Assembly (NCBI RefSeq): GCF_041146345.1
Contig: NW_027191404.1
Span: forward strand, 1,302,001-1,366,000
Reading direction: 5' to 3'
Length of the DNA: 64,000 nt
Source of the DNA: Neodothiora populina
Lineage: Eukaryota
Shown here piece by piece: positions 11,170-24,076 of this stretch. Positions within the stretch are counted from its first letter, which is position 1; each line of letters opens with the position of its first letter. The notes beneath the pieces were generated by a model that was not told the origin of the DNA, searched no databases, and saw only the letters and a list, made by a program, of their open reading frames with translations. Made by a program: the position numbers and the translations under genes.

Positions 11170-13910
11170 ATGGATGACCGTGAGAAATTCCATCATCCAT
11201 ATCAGCCATATGATATTCAATTGCAATTCATGCAAGCGCTTTACAAATGCATAGAAGAGCAGAAGATTGGCATATTTGAGTCGCCGACAGGTATGCCTTG
11301 AGTAGCACACAAGTGGATCACGAATTATACCCTAACGTTGTGCTAAGGCACGGTATGTGTAGTATCAATCCTATATAAGATGTATTCCTTACACATCGAA
11401 TTGTAGGGCAAATCCTTGAGTCTGGCTTGTGGTTCCTTGACATGGCTTCGAGACCATAAGCGACGTGCCTTTGATGAGAGTCTAGCCGCAGTCGACACAG
11501 GTACAGTATCTAGTGCATCATAAACTTCGCGCCTCACTGACACTGCTCAGATGATAGTGAACCTGACTGGATGACAAGTCATGTTCGCGAGGAAAAAAGA
11601 CGTGCTATCTTGACGAGGAAGGCAGATCTCGAGGTCAAGCTTGAAGCGATCCGACGCCGCGAACAAAAGGTCCGACAACGTCATGAAGGTGGCCCGCCAA
11701 CTCATAAAAAGCGAAGAGTCGACCCAACGACTGATCCTGATGATGAGGATCAATTCGCCCTTGAAGAATACGACAGCGATGACGGTGTCTCATCTGACTC
11801 GAAAGCCATCAATGCTAAGACCGACATCGGACTGTCTAAAGAAACACAAGCATTGATGAAGAAACTAGGTTACTCACTAGATGCCAGACCCATGAACGAT
11901 GATGCAGAACCAGAAGACGAACTCAAGATCTTCTTTTGTTCCCGAACGCACTCTCAACTATCTCAATTTGTTGGTGAACTTCGCCGTATCAAGATTCCTT
12001 CGGCATATCCGAAGGATACGCTGCCTGGAGAGACGGGCACACAGGATGTCTTTCCAACAGAAGAGATGAAGCATCTTACGCTCGGTTCTAGGAAGAACTT
12101 GTGCATCAATCCAAAAGTGACCGCACTGCGGCATCCAACGGCCATAAACGAGCGGTGTCTAGAACTACAGGATTCAAAAACGCCGGTAGACAAAAAGTGC
12201 CCATTCGTCCCTAACAAGGAGAATGAGGCTGAGGTTCTCGACTTCCAACACCATACACTCTCGAAGATCAGGGACATAGAAGATCTGGGGAAGATCGGAG
12301 AGAAGCTTTCGGTATGCCCTTATTACAGCACCCGGCCTACAGTCAAGCCTAGCGAAATCGTTACATTACCATATCCGCTCCTTCTGCAAAAGTCCGCAAG
12401 AGAAGCGCTCGGTCTGTCACTGAAAGATCATGTCGTCATCATCGACGAGGCACATAATCTCATGGACGCTATACTCGGCATATATACCATTGAAGTATCT
12501 TTAACGCAGCTACAGCGTGCCCGAGAGCAACTTACCATCTACCTGTTGAAGTTCAGAAATAAGCTGAAAGGGAAAAACCGTGTTTACGTGGCACAAGTTG
12601 TGCGGCTTCTCGATTCTCTCATCGGTCACCTCCAAGGCGTCAGCAAGAGTCCCAAGGCAAGCGCAGGAACTGTTAAAGGTGTGGATCTGCTCCAGGGCAA
12701 AGGTGTAGACCAGATCAACTTACATAAGCTGATGCATTACCTTCATGAGAGCAAATTGGCGAGGAAAGTAGAAGGCTACGTCAGCTTCCAACAGCAGAAT
12801 GATCCCAAGAATATGAAGAAGGACCACACTACAGTACCCAGTGCTACTATGCCTACTCTCAGCCATATTCAATCTTTCTTTTTAGTGCTAACGAACCCTG
12901 CAAGCGAGGGTCGCTTCTTCTTCACATCAACAGGCGACGCATCCGAGACGAAGCTCAAGTATCTTCTACTCGATCCCTCCGAACAATTTCGAGACATCGT
13001 TGTGGATGCTAGATCTGTAATCTTGGCAGGAGGGACAATGTCACCTATGGACGACTATATTTACCAATTATTTCCATATCTCCCAGCGTCAAAGATCACT
13101 ACATTGTCTTGCGGACACGTCATTCCAGCGTCCAACCTTTTCGTCAGTCCAGTCATGCAGACACTGACAGGTATGGAATTCGACTTCACCTTTGCGTCAC
13201 GAAACTCGATCGCTACGATCAATGGTCTAGGGGAGACCTTGGTGCAATTATTGCCACTGGTACCGGATGGAATAGTGATATTCTTCCCTAGTTACGCATA
13301 CCTTGATCAGATCACTACGGAATGGAACAAGCCGTCAAACTCTGCAAAGAGCACTGTCTGGTCTCGGCTAGCTAGTATCAAGCCAATCTTCAAGGAGACC
13401 AAGTCGGCCTCTGTAGAAGATGTCTCGACCGAAGACGTCCTTATCTCATATACACGAGCTGTTGAAGGTTCTGATCGTCGCGGCGCACTATTACTGGCGG
13501 TCATTGGCGGAAAGCTGTCCGAGGGCATCAATTTCTCCGATCGTCTAGGAAGGTGTGTCGTTGTCGTCGGCCTCCCGTACCCAAACCCCAGCTCGCCTGA
13601 ATGGAAGGCAAAGATGGAGTATATCGAGCAGAAGGCGGTAGCGAGGGGCATTCCAAGTGGCACAGCAAGCAGAGACTTCGCAGAGAACGTTTGTATGCGC
13701 GCCGTGAACCAGGCCATTGGTCGTGCCGTTCGACATAAAGGAGACTGGGCTTCGATATTGCTGATTGACAAGCGATATGGACAGAAGCGCATAACAGATA
13801 AATTGCCTAAGTGGATCCAGGCAAGCTTGACGAACGCGGTTGCTGTTAAAGTTGGCTCTTTTGAGGATAGCCTAAAAAGATTCTATGCCTCAAAGGCGCG
13901 CATACAGTGA
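11170..13910 (+). CDS. CHL1: Fe-S DNA helicase Chl1/DDX11; exons 11170-11290, 11348-11352, 11407-11500, 11551-13910
   Basis: [11 protein letters not shown], spliced Walker [60 protein letters not shown]. Confidence 0.95.
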
Positions 13911-15317
13911 GAAATCGAATTGCCCGGTCATGCTTCCTTGCTTAGCTTATCACTACAAGTAACTGTCACTACTACACGTCACACATGAATCTACCCACAA
14001 GTGAACTCGGGAAACGTTCTATTCACTTTGATTGTACAGAAAGATTATCAAGAAAATGGAGCCCGATGCCTGGCACGCTTGGGGGTTTTCACTGAACAGC
14101 AGGATCTACAAATCTCGGCAGACGTTCTCCAAGTCTTGTTGGTTGCCAGAACGATCAGATAACGCGAAAGGAAAAAGCATCGCAGAGTCATAATGTAAGG
14201 CTGAGCTATTGGATGTGACCCGAAGGACGTTGCTAAACCTCTACCAAGTTTAGGTGAATGCCCGATAGCAGATCAAGCTTTTCGTAGTTTTGCATGCTAT
14301 GCAGTACGAATGTACCATACATCAGCAATTGGGAGTCAAGTCCGCTAGTATTGCAGTGGAGACCTTCATCAAGTTCATTGGTTCTCTGTCATGTAGACCA
14401 CTGAGCAGTCTGATCGTCTTGACATTAATATAAGAAGCATTTAGCCCCATGCTTTAACGCCGGATGGGGTTTGTGCTTTTCCAGCCTCACAGCCTCATCA
14501 ACAGCTTACCCCAGTGGCTATAAGCGAATGATTACATCACTGGCAGAACTGGTAGCGTGAGTGGAACGGGAGATGACATCGACACCTACCGCATCTCATG
14601 CAAGCGAGCTGGACAGAACCCGAGGCTACCTACCTTGTACACACAACAAACCTGTGAATCAGCAACCACGATCCCACATCCCTGCGCGACAGGCAAGGAC
14701 CACTAGATTGATAGTCCAGATTGGGCAATGACAAGCAAGATGTTCTGGTTCGGTAAGTCTCTATGCTTTGTTCCCGAGACGCCTCCGACGCTGTCCCACC
14801 CCCATTTCATCGAATTGTGGAGTGACCTCATCTTTCTTGTTCCATCGCCCAAGCCAGCGTCCTGTGTCCTTGGATAAGGTAGGTACTCGCTAGTCACCGC
14901 AACGAATCATGGGTATTGGACGTGACGGACGGCCTGGTAGCACAGAAGATCTTTCCATGCTGGCATTGCGATCAAATGGTTCTGCCGTGTTGTTTCACTT
15001 GTAGATACAGTAGGTCCGGGTCGCTATTTCCACTTTGACTTCTGTTTCTTTTCTTGTTTGCTTCTCGCATACTTTATGCGCTGCCTCTATCAAGCTCTAT
15101 CATACGCGATACTCTAAACAATAATTATCGAATCGAAAGGATTCTACCAAGTCAAATCATTAGGTGCAGATAGCTAGTGCAATTGTAAAAGCATAGACTG
15201 CACTTCTGTCTGGGAACCACATAACAAGTACAGCTTTCTCAGTCGCAAGGCTCAATTGATTTCAGGTCATCTCTGTGACTCGTCAGTCTTATACCACCCG
15301 TATTAGACAAAGCTGTT

Positions 15318-17852
15318 ATGGGCTCAATTTACCAGCACACAGACACAATAAAGAAAGCCGAAGGAAAAGAAGAAAGAGGAGTTGAATCCAGAGACCGGAC
15401 ACAAAATGGATTCTCCCATTCATACACTAGGAAGGCTGCTATGATAGCATTACTGGCAGCAGTTGGGATTCCTTTGCTCCATGGGACCTCATGGCCTGGC
15501 AAAGCATCTGCCCCTGCGATAGGCGCCGAAGGTGGCGTTATGCGACGAACACCAGGTCCATTCATCGATTCGGAGAACAAGGTGTTAGTACGCCAATCCG
15601 ACAGTCCCACGGATATCTGCACAAGATGGGCACAGCAATGTGAGATTTTATCATCAATTATGGCGGTGCTATGGCTAACAATGCTTTCCAAAAGCTGCTG
15701 TCGTCAACGGAACATTATACCTGTACGGAGGGGAGGCTACTACTTCTACGAGTCAAACCGAAAATACTTGGAGTGGGTTAAGACTGACTAGTAGAGTGGA
15801 GGAATATATGTCACTGATAATACTCGCAGACAACAATTTTATTGCCATGGACTTGAGCAAGACGTGGCAGATTGCAGCGCCTTCGATGAGTTATCTACCC
15901 CAGCCATCAGGTCCACCAAGTGTAGCGCTTGGTTCTTTATGGAACTCTTACGATTCGTTGTATCTGTACGGTGGTGAGTTTTCATCCAAGCCAGCCGTTT
16001 CACCTGTGCCGTTCTCCCTGTGGCAGTACGAAATCAAGTCTGGACAGTGGTCTGAACATAGCAATCCGACAACGTCTGAAGGCAACAATTCTGAAGCAGC
16101 AAATCAACCTGTACAGCGAGCGGCCGAAGGCGCTGGGGTGTCCGTACCATCATTGGGCCGTGCTTGGTATTTCGGGGGCCATCAGGATGGCTACACCACC
16201 GAGGGCTGGTCCCAGAGCATTTGGCGGATTTACCTTAAATCGCTGCTGGAGTTTACCTTTCCCGGTGCACAGAATAACCAGGTCAACAGTCTCTCGGATG
16301 GCGAAACTGCGGGGTCAGATGGTGTGTGGCGCAATGTCACGGAAGGCGGCTTGCAAGATGAAGCTGGATTTCCTGAGCGCGCAGACGGCATCTTGACATA
16401 TGTTCCCGGATTCGGAGCAGAAGGATTATTACTCGGACTTGCGGGTGGAACAAATGAGACATTGGTAAGTTGAGAGACTCACTTACCGAGTGACTCTCGC
16501 TGCTGGAAGCTGACCCACTGCCCTGCAGACCCAGATGAATGTCATTGATGTATATGACATAGCGACCTCAACGTGGTACAAACAAGCCACTAGTGGACCT
16601 ATGCCTCCAGCGCGTGTCAATCCATGTGCCGTGGTAGCAGCTGCACCAGAGTACGTTCAACTCTACTTCCATATGACTAAGCTAACGAAATGATTACAGT
16701 GGCTCATCATATAATGTTTACATGTTCGGTGGACAGGACCTCAAGAATGATCAGACACAACTTAATGATATGTGGATTCTGACCACTCCATCTTTTACTT
16801 GGATCAAGGTTGATCAACCCAGTGATCAGTCTGTTCCATATGCAAGAGCTGGACATACATGTGCCATCTGGGACGCGCAGATGATCGTCGTGGGCGGATA
16901 TGTTGGCACATCGATCAGCTGCGACTCGCCAGGCATCTACGTCTACGACTTGAGCAGCTTGAGTTGGGTGGAACAATTCACAGCACTCGGTGCATCAAAC
17001 AGCTCTTCCTCTTCGATTAGCTCCGGTTCAGCATCAGCTTCAGACTCGAACTCATCCGGATCAGCTACAGCCTCAGACGACGAATCGAAACCGGCCGCAA
17101 CTAGCGCACCGAATGCGGAGAATAACCCTCTCAACCAACAACCAGCTCAGATTGCCAACGCCACAAACGCTGGTGGTCTCGAAGGCTCGTACGGGTATGA
17201 GGTTCCGCAGATTGTTATCGCCGCCATTGGCGGCGCCTCAACAGGTGGCGCGACTTTGACCACTCCACGAGTTACTGCAACTTCTGGACCCTTGGCTACA
17301 GGAAAGGCCGTCACGTATACAGTCACACAGTCAAGCGGTGCAATAGTGACGGAGACGTCCGCGCCAGGCAACACGACTGTTGGCGGTGGCAGTGGTGGAT
17401 CCTCCAGTCACAATGGACCAAACATCGCTGCTATCGTTGCAGGCACTGTGGCAGGTGTGCTCTTCCTTCTGGTATGCTACCTCGCATTCTGCGCCTGGCT
17501 ATATCGCAAGCAACTGGTCCTCTATAAACGCCATGTCAACATGGCACAGACTCAAGCCCTTGGAGAAAAGCGACCCGCAATCCCAGGACTGTTCAGCACA
17601 ACCGAAGACTCAGACCGAAGTAGCTCGCAAAGACAGTACGACGCGAACCGACTTCGCAACAGCGAATCGGCCAGTGGATCAGGAGGTAGTTGGGCACCGT
17701 ATGTTCCTGATCGCCGCGGAAGTGATAGCTTACTACCACGTACGAGTTCAGAGAACGGTGATGTGGACGACCTGCTTGGTGGACATGAGCCTTCGTTCTT
17801 GGGAGTTGTTCTTGCCCCTAGACGGAGTCTCAGAGTGATCAATCAGGATTGA
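15318..17852 (+). CDS. Kelch-repeat cell-surface protein with Ser/Thr-rich stalk and single C-terminal TM helix; about 5 exons, start codon uncertain (15318 or 15441)
   Basis: Kelch-like LYLYGG, YMFGG, ARAGHTC...MIVVGG; TM IAAIVAGTVAGVLFLLVCYLAFCAW; GT-AG introns near 15640, 15773, 16464 and 16651. Confidence 0.75.
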
Positions 17853-17984
17853 GATGTTATTTTCATAATCCCGTTTTTGTATATTCACGCAAGTGCTCTT
17901 CAGTCATGTTTTGAAGTTTTAGCGTTTATGATCGGTATCAATTCTATGGATTTTTGAGCTTTTTGGCACTACTTCTTACATTCG

Positions 17985-18630
17985 TACTTATCAGTAAGCT
18001 CGGCGACCCCTAGATGGCGCGCCATTCGACGCGTATCACAGTGCAATGTCCATTTGGATATTGGTATACTTCTACTTCGAACCACATGTTATATTGATCG
18101 ACTATGGACCAAGGCGAACTCGAGATACAAGCAGCCCTTCAAGAGCTTCAAAACCGCCTGAAAGATCAATCAAAAGTATTGCACGAGAACACGGCATGTC
18201 AGACACAACGCTCCGTCGTCGCCGCGACGGAGGCATCAACCGACGCGCCAGTCACGAGCAACTAGAAAGAAGAATTTCCTGTGATGTGGATACTGGAGGA
18301 CGATCTGCATGGATACCCGCCTTCTCACAAGCGCGCTCGCGAAATGGCTTCGCGTGTACTTCGCATGCGCGGCGACGACAACGAGCCTCTCGAGGTCAAA
18401 TGGTTGCCTCAGTGTATCAAGCGGAATCCGAGAGTTGCCTCTGTCATTGGACGTAAAATTGGGGTTGCACGAGTTCATGGAACCACGAACACGTGAGCTT
18501 GCGTTGTTCGAGAGATAATGCCGCCACACGCGATCCAGAAATTGGGTTAAGGACACAAAAGGCATCTAAAAGCATCAACTCATAGATTGTGCTAATATTC
18601 CGGGCGTGTAATACCGGGTCATCGAACACA
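17985..18630 (+). mobile_element. Degenerate Fot1/pogo (Tc1-mariner superfamily) DNA transposon relic, 5' part
   Basis: From ATG 18104: EIQAALQEL, frameshift, then SIKSIAREHGMSDTTLRRR (HTH_psq-like) and WILEDDLHGYPPSHKRAREMA...PLEVKWLPQCIKRNP (CENP-B/Tc5 HTH). Frameshifts and stops are present and there is no intact DDE domain. Boundaries are approximate. Confidence 0.8.
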
Positions 18631-18908
18631 CCCTTTGACTAATCAGTAATAGTGATGGGTATGATTGCGCATTTATATATTGAAAGAGTTCAAGAACGCC
18701 ATGTAACTTGCAAATATTATCATAAGTTGTGCCGGGGGTATCATATATTGTAAGCTGTGGCTTGTATCTAAGCTCTTCGTCATGCTCGTCTTTCCGCTCC
18801 TTTCCTGAGCGGCCATAGAGATACTCGGTACGGATCATGACTCATTAGAAGATATCATTGTGGTGAGATTCAGAGAGGCGCGCAAACCAGCGTCCTTTCG
18901 TCCGCGAG

Positions 18909-19628
18909 TCATTCTTCCCTTCTGGCAAAAGCTTTTGCCTTTCTTCGTCTGGCAGCCGTCTGAGGAGTCCAGATACCGAGAAATAGTTCTTCGCACTCAT
19001 TTTCGTCTTCGCTGTCGAATTCAATCTGGCTCTGATCAATTGAATCCTTGGGAAATGGATCAGTCTCTCGAGCGATTGTGTTATCGTCACCTTCCCAGCA
19101 ATTATTCCGGCATATGCGTTTGGTCTCCAGGATGAATTTACCGACTTTGTAGCGTTGGCTCTCTTCTTCGGCGGCAACATACTTCCAGCCAAGCATGCTA
19201 CCGCATTGCGAACAGCTGATGTCGCTGACTGTGTGTGCGCCTGTCACTAGATTCCTGGCAACAGGCTTGTGTGTGTGCGTATTTGGCAGATCTGGCAATC
19301 TCCCATACCTCGAGCCTCTGCTAAGAGCTACATTTTCGAGTTGTCTTGGAGGAGCTACGAGATAGGCACGACCATGCCGTCCGGTGAAACCTTTGGAGAT
19401 TATCTGGTCTGCCAGAGCTAAATCTGCAAGGCAGCGAGAGCAACGAATGGCTGATGAGTGGCCTGTCAAGAATGTTTGAGGGTTGCTAGACGAGATTGTG
19501 CTGTCAGCCGTCCCAGAGCTGGACGCTGAAGTACTGGAGTCAGTGCTTGACTTTCGACGTCCGAATGGCAGTGATTGTGTAAGGTAAGTGGGAAATAAGT
19601 CAATTGGTGAAGGGATGGAGAGACGCAT
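18909..19628 (-). CDS. Yippee/Mis18 zinc-binding protein
   Basis: CSRC...IISKGFTGRHGRAYL and LVTGAHTVSDISCSQC.SMLGWKY...QRYKVGKFILE. Confidence 0.9.
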   Translation of the reverse strand: MRLSIPSPIDLFPTYLTQSLPFGRRKSSTDSSTSASSSGTADSTISSSNPQTFLTGHSSAIRCSRCLADLALADQIISKGFTGRHGRAYLVAPPRQLENVALSRGSRYGRLPDLPNTHTHKPVARNLVTGAHTVSDISCSQCGSMLGWKYVAAEEESQRYKVGKFILETKRICRNNCWEGDDNTIARETDPFPKDSIDQSQIEFDSEDENECEELFLGIWTPQTAARRRKAKAFARREE

Positions 19629-20453
19629 TTCTTCGATTAGTGAGGTGGCGGCACACACAACCTCCAGGCGAGAAGCTACAAGACACAATCGCGTTGTCTA
19701 GGTAGTGGTGCGAATGGATCACTACTGGACTTTCAATGTGTCGCCACTGAGAGCATCCCACTCTCACTCTCATTATAAATGAGTTGAGACATCAAGACGA
19801 GTAGGCAGACAAGTAACTCGAAGGGAGGGGTAGAACGGCTGGGCCACCCATACTGCTGGCTTATCAGTCACCTCATCATTAGGTAGCCAATATTTATCTC
19901 TGATGCTTAGGTGCAATGTCTGCAACGTCCTCGTGACCACTAACGAGTCTTGGAGCTTCATGTCCAATCCTACCTCATGTAAGGATGATTGCATTGCCCC
20001 GCACATGCTATGCCCCTCAGCTGGCATGTGATTTCGATCTCACCTTATCTGTTCTGCCAACACCACAAGCATACCTTACCTTATATACGATATTCATCCC
20101 CTGTATACCTGTCAAACGCGCTAATATCAAGTCCATGAAAGATAACCTATAGTGTATACAACTCGAGCCAGAGAAAGCTAGCGAGGCTAGTAAGATGTTG
20201 CTGCACTACTGCGATCGTATAGCATTCGAATTGTTGTATTCGTAATGTGGACGGTAGGTGGCAGGTCACTTTATGATGAACCTCAGATGACAGTCGGTCG
20301 CTCTTTCTACTTCTGATCGCGTGTTATGCCTTTCTGTCCAGCAAATCTATAGAAGCCCATAAGTTCTCTCGTTCACTTCTCTAGACGAGGCGTTGCTTAT
20401 CACCAACTTCAAGGTTGTCTTATCCCCATCATTAAAACATACAGCTTCATGCG

Positions 20454-23400
20454 ATGAGAGCTTCCAACTCAGTCAAGAGAAATGAGTCTTTTTCAAACCA
20501 CATTCATTCACCAGTGCAGCGTCAAAAGGTCCATTTTGGGGAGAGTTTCGAAAGCGAACAGCTCATCATCGCACCACATTCATATGCAGACAAGACAAAA
20601 CCTACCACCATAGAAGCACTATCACCTACAGCCAAACTTCAGCGAAAACCCAGCCGACTTATTGCCAAGCTACACCATCACCGAGGTATGTTCTGTTTCG
20701 TTGTCCGCGGATTGGTAGCTCTAATATCGCCTTCGTCAGATGAGTTAGAACCTCTGATACAACGAGGCTCTCACAAATCACCGAGTCCAACTACTAAACT
20801 AAAGAAGTTACAACGGCTCTTGAAGCCTCCAGGCTCTATCTATGTTCCACGCAAAGCCGTCCACTTTGACGGCTCACCCGAGGCTTCCCCAGAATCTAAC
20901 GCACATGAAGGCTCGGAGTCACTCAACTCTGGTTTGCCCGAGGCCAGTTTCTTTGCACCTTCTTCCCCATCCTTCCTACTGCGAACCTCGAGGACAAGTC
21001 ATGCAGCACACAGCATCACATCTCTGGCTGATATGAATGGTGGTAGTACTTTCCTTCCGTCGGCCATCGCCACAATCATACACCGGCCGAACGAAAAGGC
21101 CCAGCCAGTGGTATTGCACCTGGATACGGACACTGGCAACCCCCCAAAGAGCTTCCATGAACATGGGTCGGCGGTGATATCCCATGGTAACTCTTCTATA
21201 CCCTCCGAGTATGATAAGAACCTCAGTGCAAGTCCGATCAGCAAGGCATCAACAGGCAAAACGTCTTTTTACCTGAGTGGAAACTCTTTTGGATCTCAGA
21301 AATCAGTTGAGATGAAGACTGCGCTCGATCAGTCCCACTCTCTGAATCGAAATCTTCTTTCATGTACAGAAGAGTTGGCCCCGATCGAAGAATCTGGGGT
21401 CCGCTTGATAAAAATTCCTTGTGTTGAGGCATCACTCACTTTCAAGCCAACAGTGGTAACCGTCGAATCCGCCACAGCCGCCAAGGTGTTCTTTGAGACA
21501 CACTTCAATTCGCTCCTGTCAGATCCAGTGTCTCCTCGTACAGCACGTCGCTGCAGATTACAACAGAGACTATAGGAAATGTCGCTCAACATCGAAGATC
21601 GAGAACGGGCTTACCAACGATGGAACCAAGCCGAGAGTGATCATTTACGACAGATTCGTGTCTTAAAGAGCACATCGCTTGCAAGACACGCTGCAAAAGG
21701 AATTTCTATTGCAGGTTATGAGTCCGTCCGGGTCCTTGGTAAAGGAAGCTTCGGTGTGGTCAGACTGGTGAGGGAGAAACCTGTCGTAACCCCACTTTCG
21801 GATCCTGTGAAATATGCTTCAGATGGAACTTTGGAGGGTCAGCAACATGAGACCGACTTGGGTATACAGAGCAGTTACTCGAAGGACGTCTACGCGATGA
21901 AAGTCATTCGCAAATCAGAGATGCTGCGAAGCTGCCAAGAAGGTCATCTTCGCGCAGAACGGGATCTCCTGGTCGCGAGTGAAGGTTCCCGCTGGGTAGT
22001 GCCACTGATCGCTAGTTTCCAGGACAATACAAATCTCTATCTTGTCATGGAATACATGGTTGGTGGCGACTTCCTCGGAATGCTTCTGCGAGAGGACATG
22101 CTGGATGAATGGGTTACGAGATGGTATATTGCTGAGATGATTTTGTGCATCGAGGAGGCCCACAAGATGAACTGGATCCATCGCGATATCAAGCCTGACA
22201 ATTTTCTTATCAGCCCTTCTGGTCACCTCAAGATCTCGGATTTTGGCCTGGCGTTTGATGGGCATTGGTCGCATAGCCAGTCATACTACTCTGGACATCG
22301 CTACACACTTCTCGAGAAGCTCGGGATTTCGGTCCAGGGAGACGAAGAAGATGTGGAAGAAGCAAAGTGCAAGGACACACGTTCGACATCCAAGCCCACC
22401 TCTACAGGGAAGACCGGAAAACGTAGAAATGATGCTGATGACGGTGCAAGACGAGAGGGCCTTCTCAATTGGCGCGATCGAACTGAGCGCAAGAGACTCG
22501 CGAAGAGTATCGTCGGTACAAGCCAGTACATGGCACCAGAAGTCATACAAGGTCGAGAGTATGATGGACGATGTGATTGGTGGAGTATTGGAATTATTCT
22601 ATATGAGGTGCAATAACCTCTCACTTCACGTCTGAATAGACACTGACTAGATACAGTGCTTGTACGGCATGACGCCGTTCTTCTGCGAAAACCGACAGCG
22701 TACCAAAGACAACATTTTGGTAAGCTCTGAGTAGAGATACGATCGATATTTGGAGCTGACATTGCAGAATCACCGGGCTACCTTGGAGTTTCCTGACCAC
22801 GAGCGATGGTCAAGACCCAGCAGTGACTCAAGGAGGCGATTGCCACCTGTTGGTAACGTAGTGATTGACCTGATCAGTAGTCTGCTTCAGGCCAAAGAGA
22901 TGCGCTTGAGCTCAAGGGTGTACCGTGTTCACGACTTTCGCACGGGGAGGCGCGTGGGGTCCGCACCTGCATTGCAGGGGCTCATTGGCAGACACGTCTA
23001 TCCTAACGGGGCCGAGGAGATCAAGGCTCATCCATTCTTCTCGGGCATTCCATGGGATCAGATGCATTTGACTCGCCCTCCTTTCATTCCGAATGTACGT
23101 GAACATCAATCTATCACCAAATACTTTGAAGAAGAGCATGATATTGTGACGGACGATTCCTCAAGCTACACCAGCATGAAAGACAATGTCGACTCCACAG
23201 CTTCAGAGACCCAGATCAAGGATTTTATGGGCCACCATTATGACAAGTGGAGAGCAGAGCGAAGGAGACGGGAAAAGGCGGAACTGGGCTTACACGAGTA
23301 CCCCGATGATCAGTATGAGGTTCTCAAGGACAGGATGGGCCATCGCTTCGAGCATTTTCGAGCTCAGCGAATCTTGGAAGTGCGCCGATCGCAGCTCAAC

Positions 23401-23643
23401 AAAGGCATCGACCCTGACGCTGCGCTTGCAGCCACGACCAACAAGAAGCCGAAGGAAATGAAGAGACCAAGGGACAAGATGTTGAGGGATCCAGATATTG
23501 CAAAGGTGGTCATGAAGCTGAGGAAGAAAGGAGCATTCTTGGGGTATACCTATCGCAGACCTACGCCGTTTCCTGTGGATGAAGCGATGTGCAGGGGAAG
23601 GGTGGCCTGTTCGAGGCCTAGTATTATCCCTGTGAAGCCTTGA
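20454..23643 (+). CDS. AGC/NDR-family Ser/Thr kinase (Cbk1-related, PUK1/stk-21-like); introns 20686-20739, 22608-22656, 22720-22767; in-frame TAG at 21573-21575
   Basis: LGKGSFGVV, YAMKVIRK, QEGHLRAERD, HRDIKPDN, DFGL, SIVGTSQYMAPE, CDWWS, C-terminal RPRDKMLRD...AFLGYTY. The upstream segment TVESATAAKVFFETHFN is in the same frame across a single stop. Confidence 0.85.
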
Positions 23644-24076
23644 TTGTGTACAGTCGAGGTCACTTCGTTTCAATACTACCTGCGTTTTCTCTTCTTTGAA
23701 TGGTTGTGATGACTTTCGTGTTCGTATCGTAGGCTTCAAACTCTCAAAGCTGATGTGGAAATATTGGAATATATACGTACGAGCAGATGCGTGGGGTGAA
23801 TGTATAGAATGAAGTAGCCAATATCAGTCTATCAAGCATGAAACCCATCTATAGAAGCGAACAAGATTAATCAAACATATAGTTTCATATTCGGAAACGT
23901 TACCTTCCTCGGACCTTCCAGCTCTTGAAACAGCGTTCCAAGGTAGAAGAGAAAAAACAAATGGATATTCGATTCATATAAGCAACCAGAACAACGCCGT
24001 CCCCTCCCCTCGCCTACCCTCCGAGGCCTATACTTTCGCGGAGCTGTCGTATAGGCATATCATCCCACTCCCCCGG

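Noticed and set aside
13911..15317. 1.4-kb ORF-poor interval with a small hairpin (AGCCCCAT/ATGGGGTT, ~14443-14471)
   Set aside because: A single short stem is expected by chance and there are no tRNA or snoRNA boxes. It is probably promoter/UTR of the Kelch gene.
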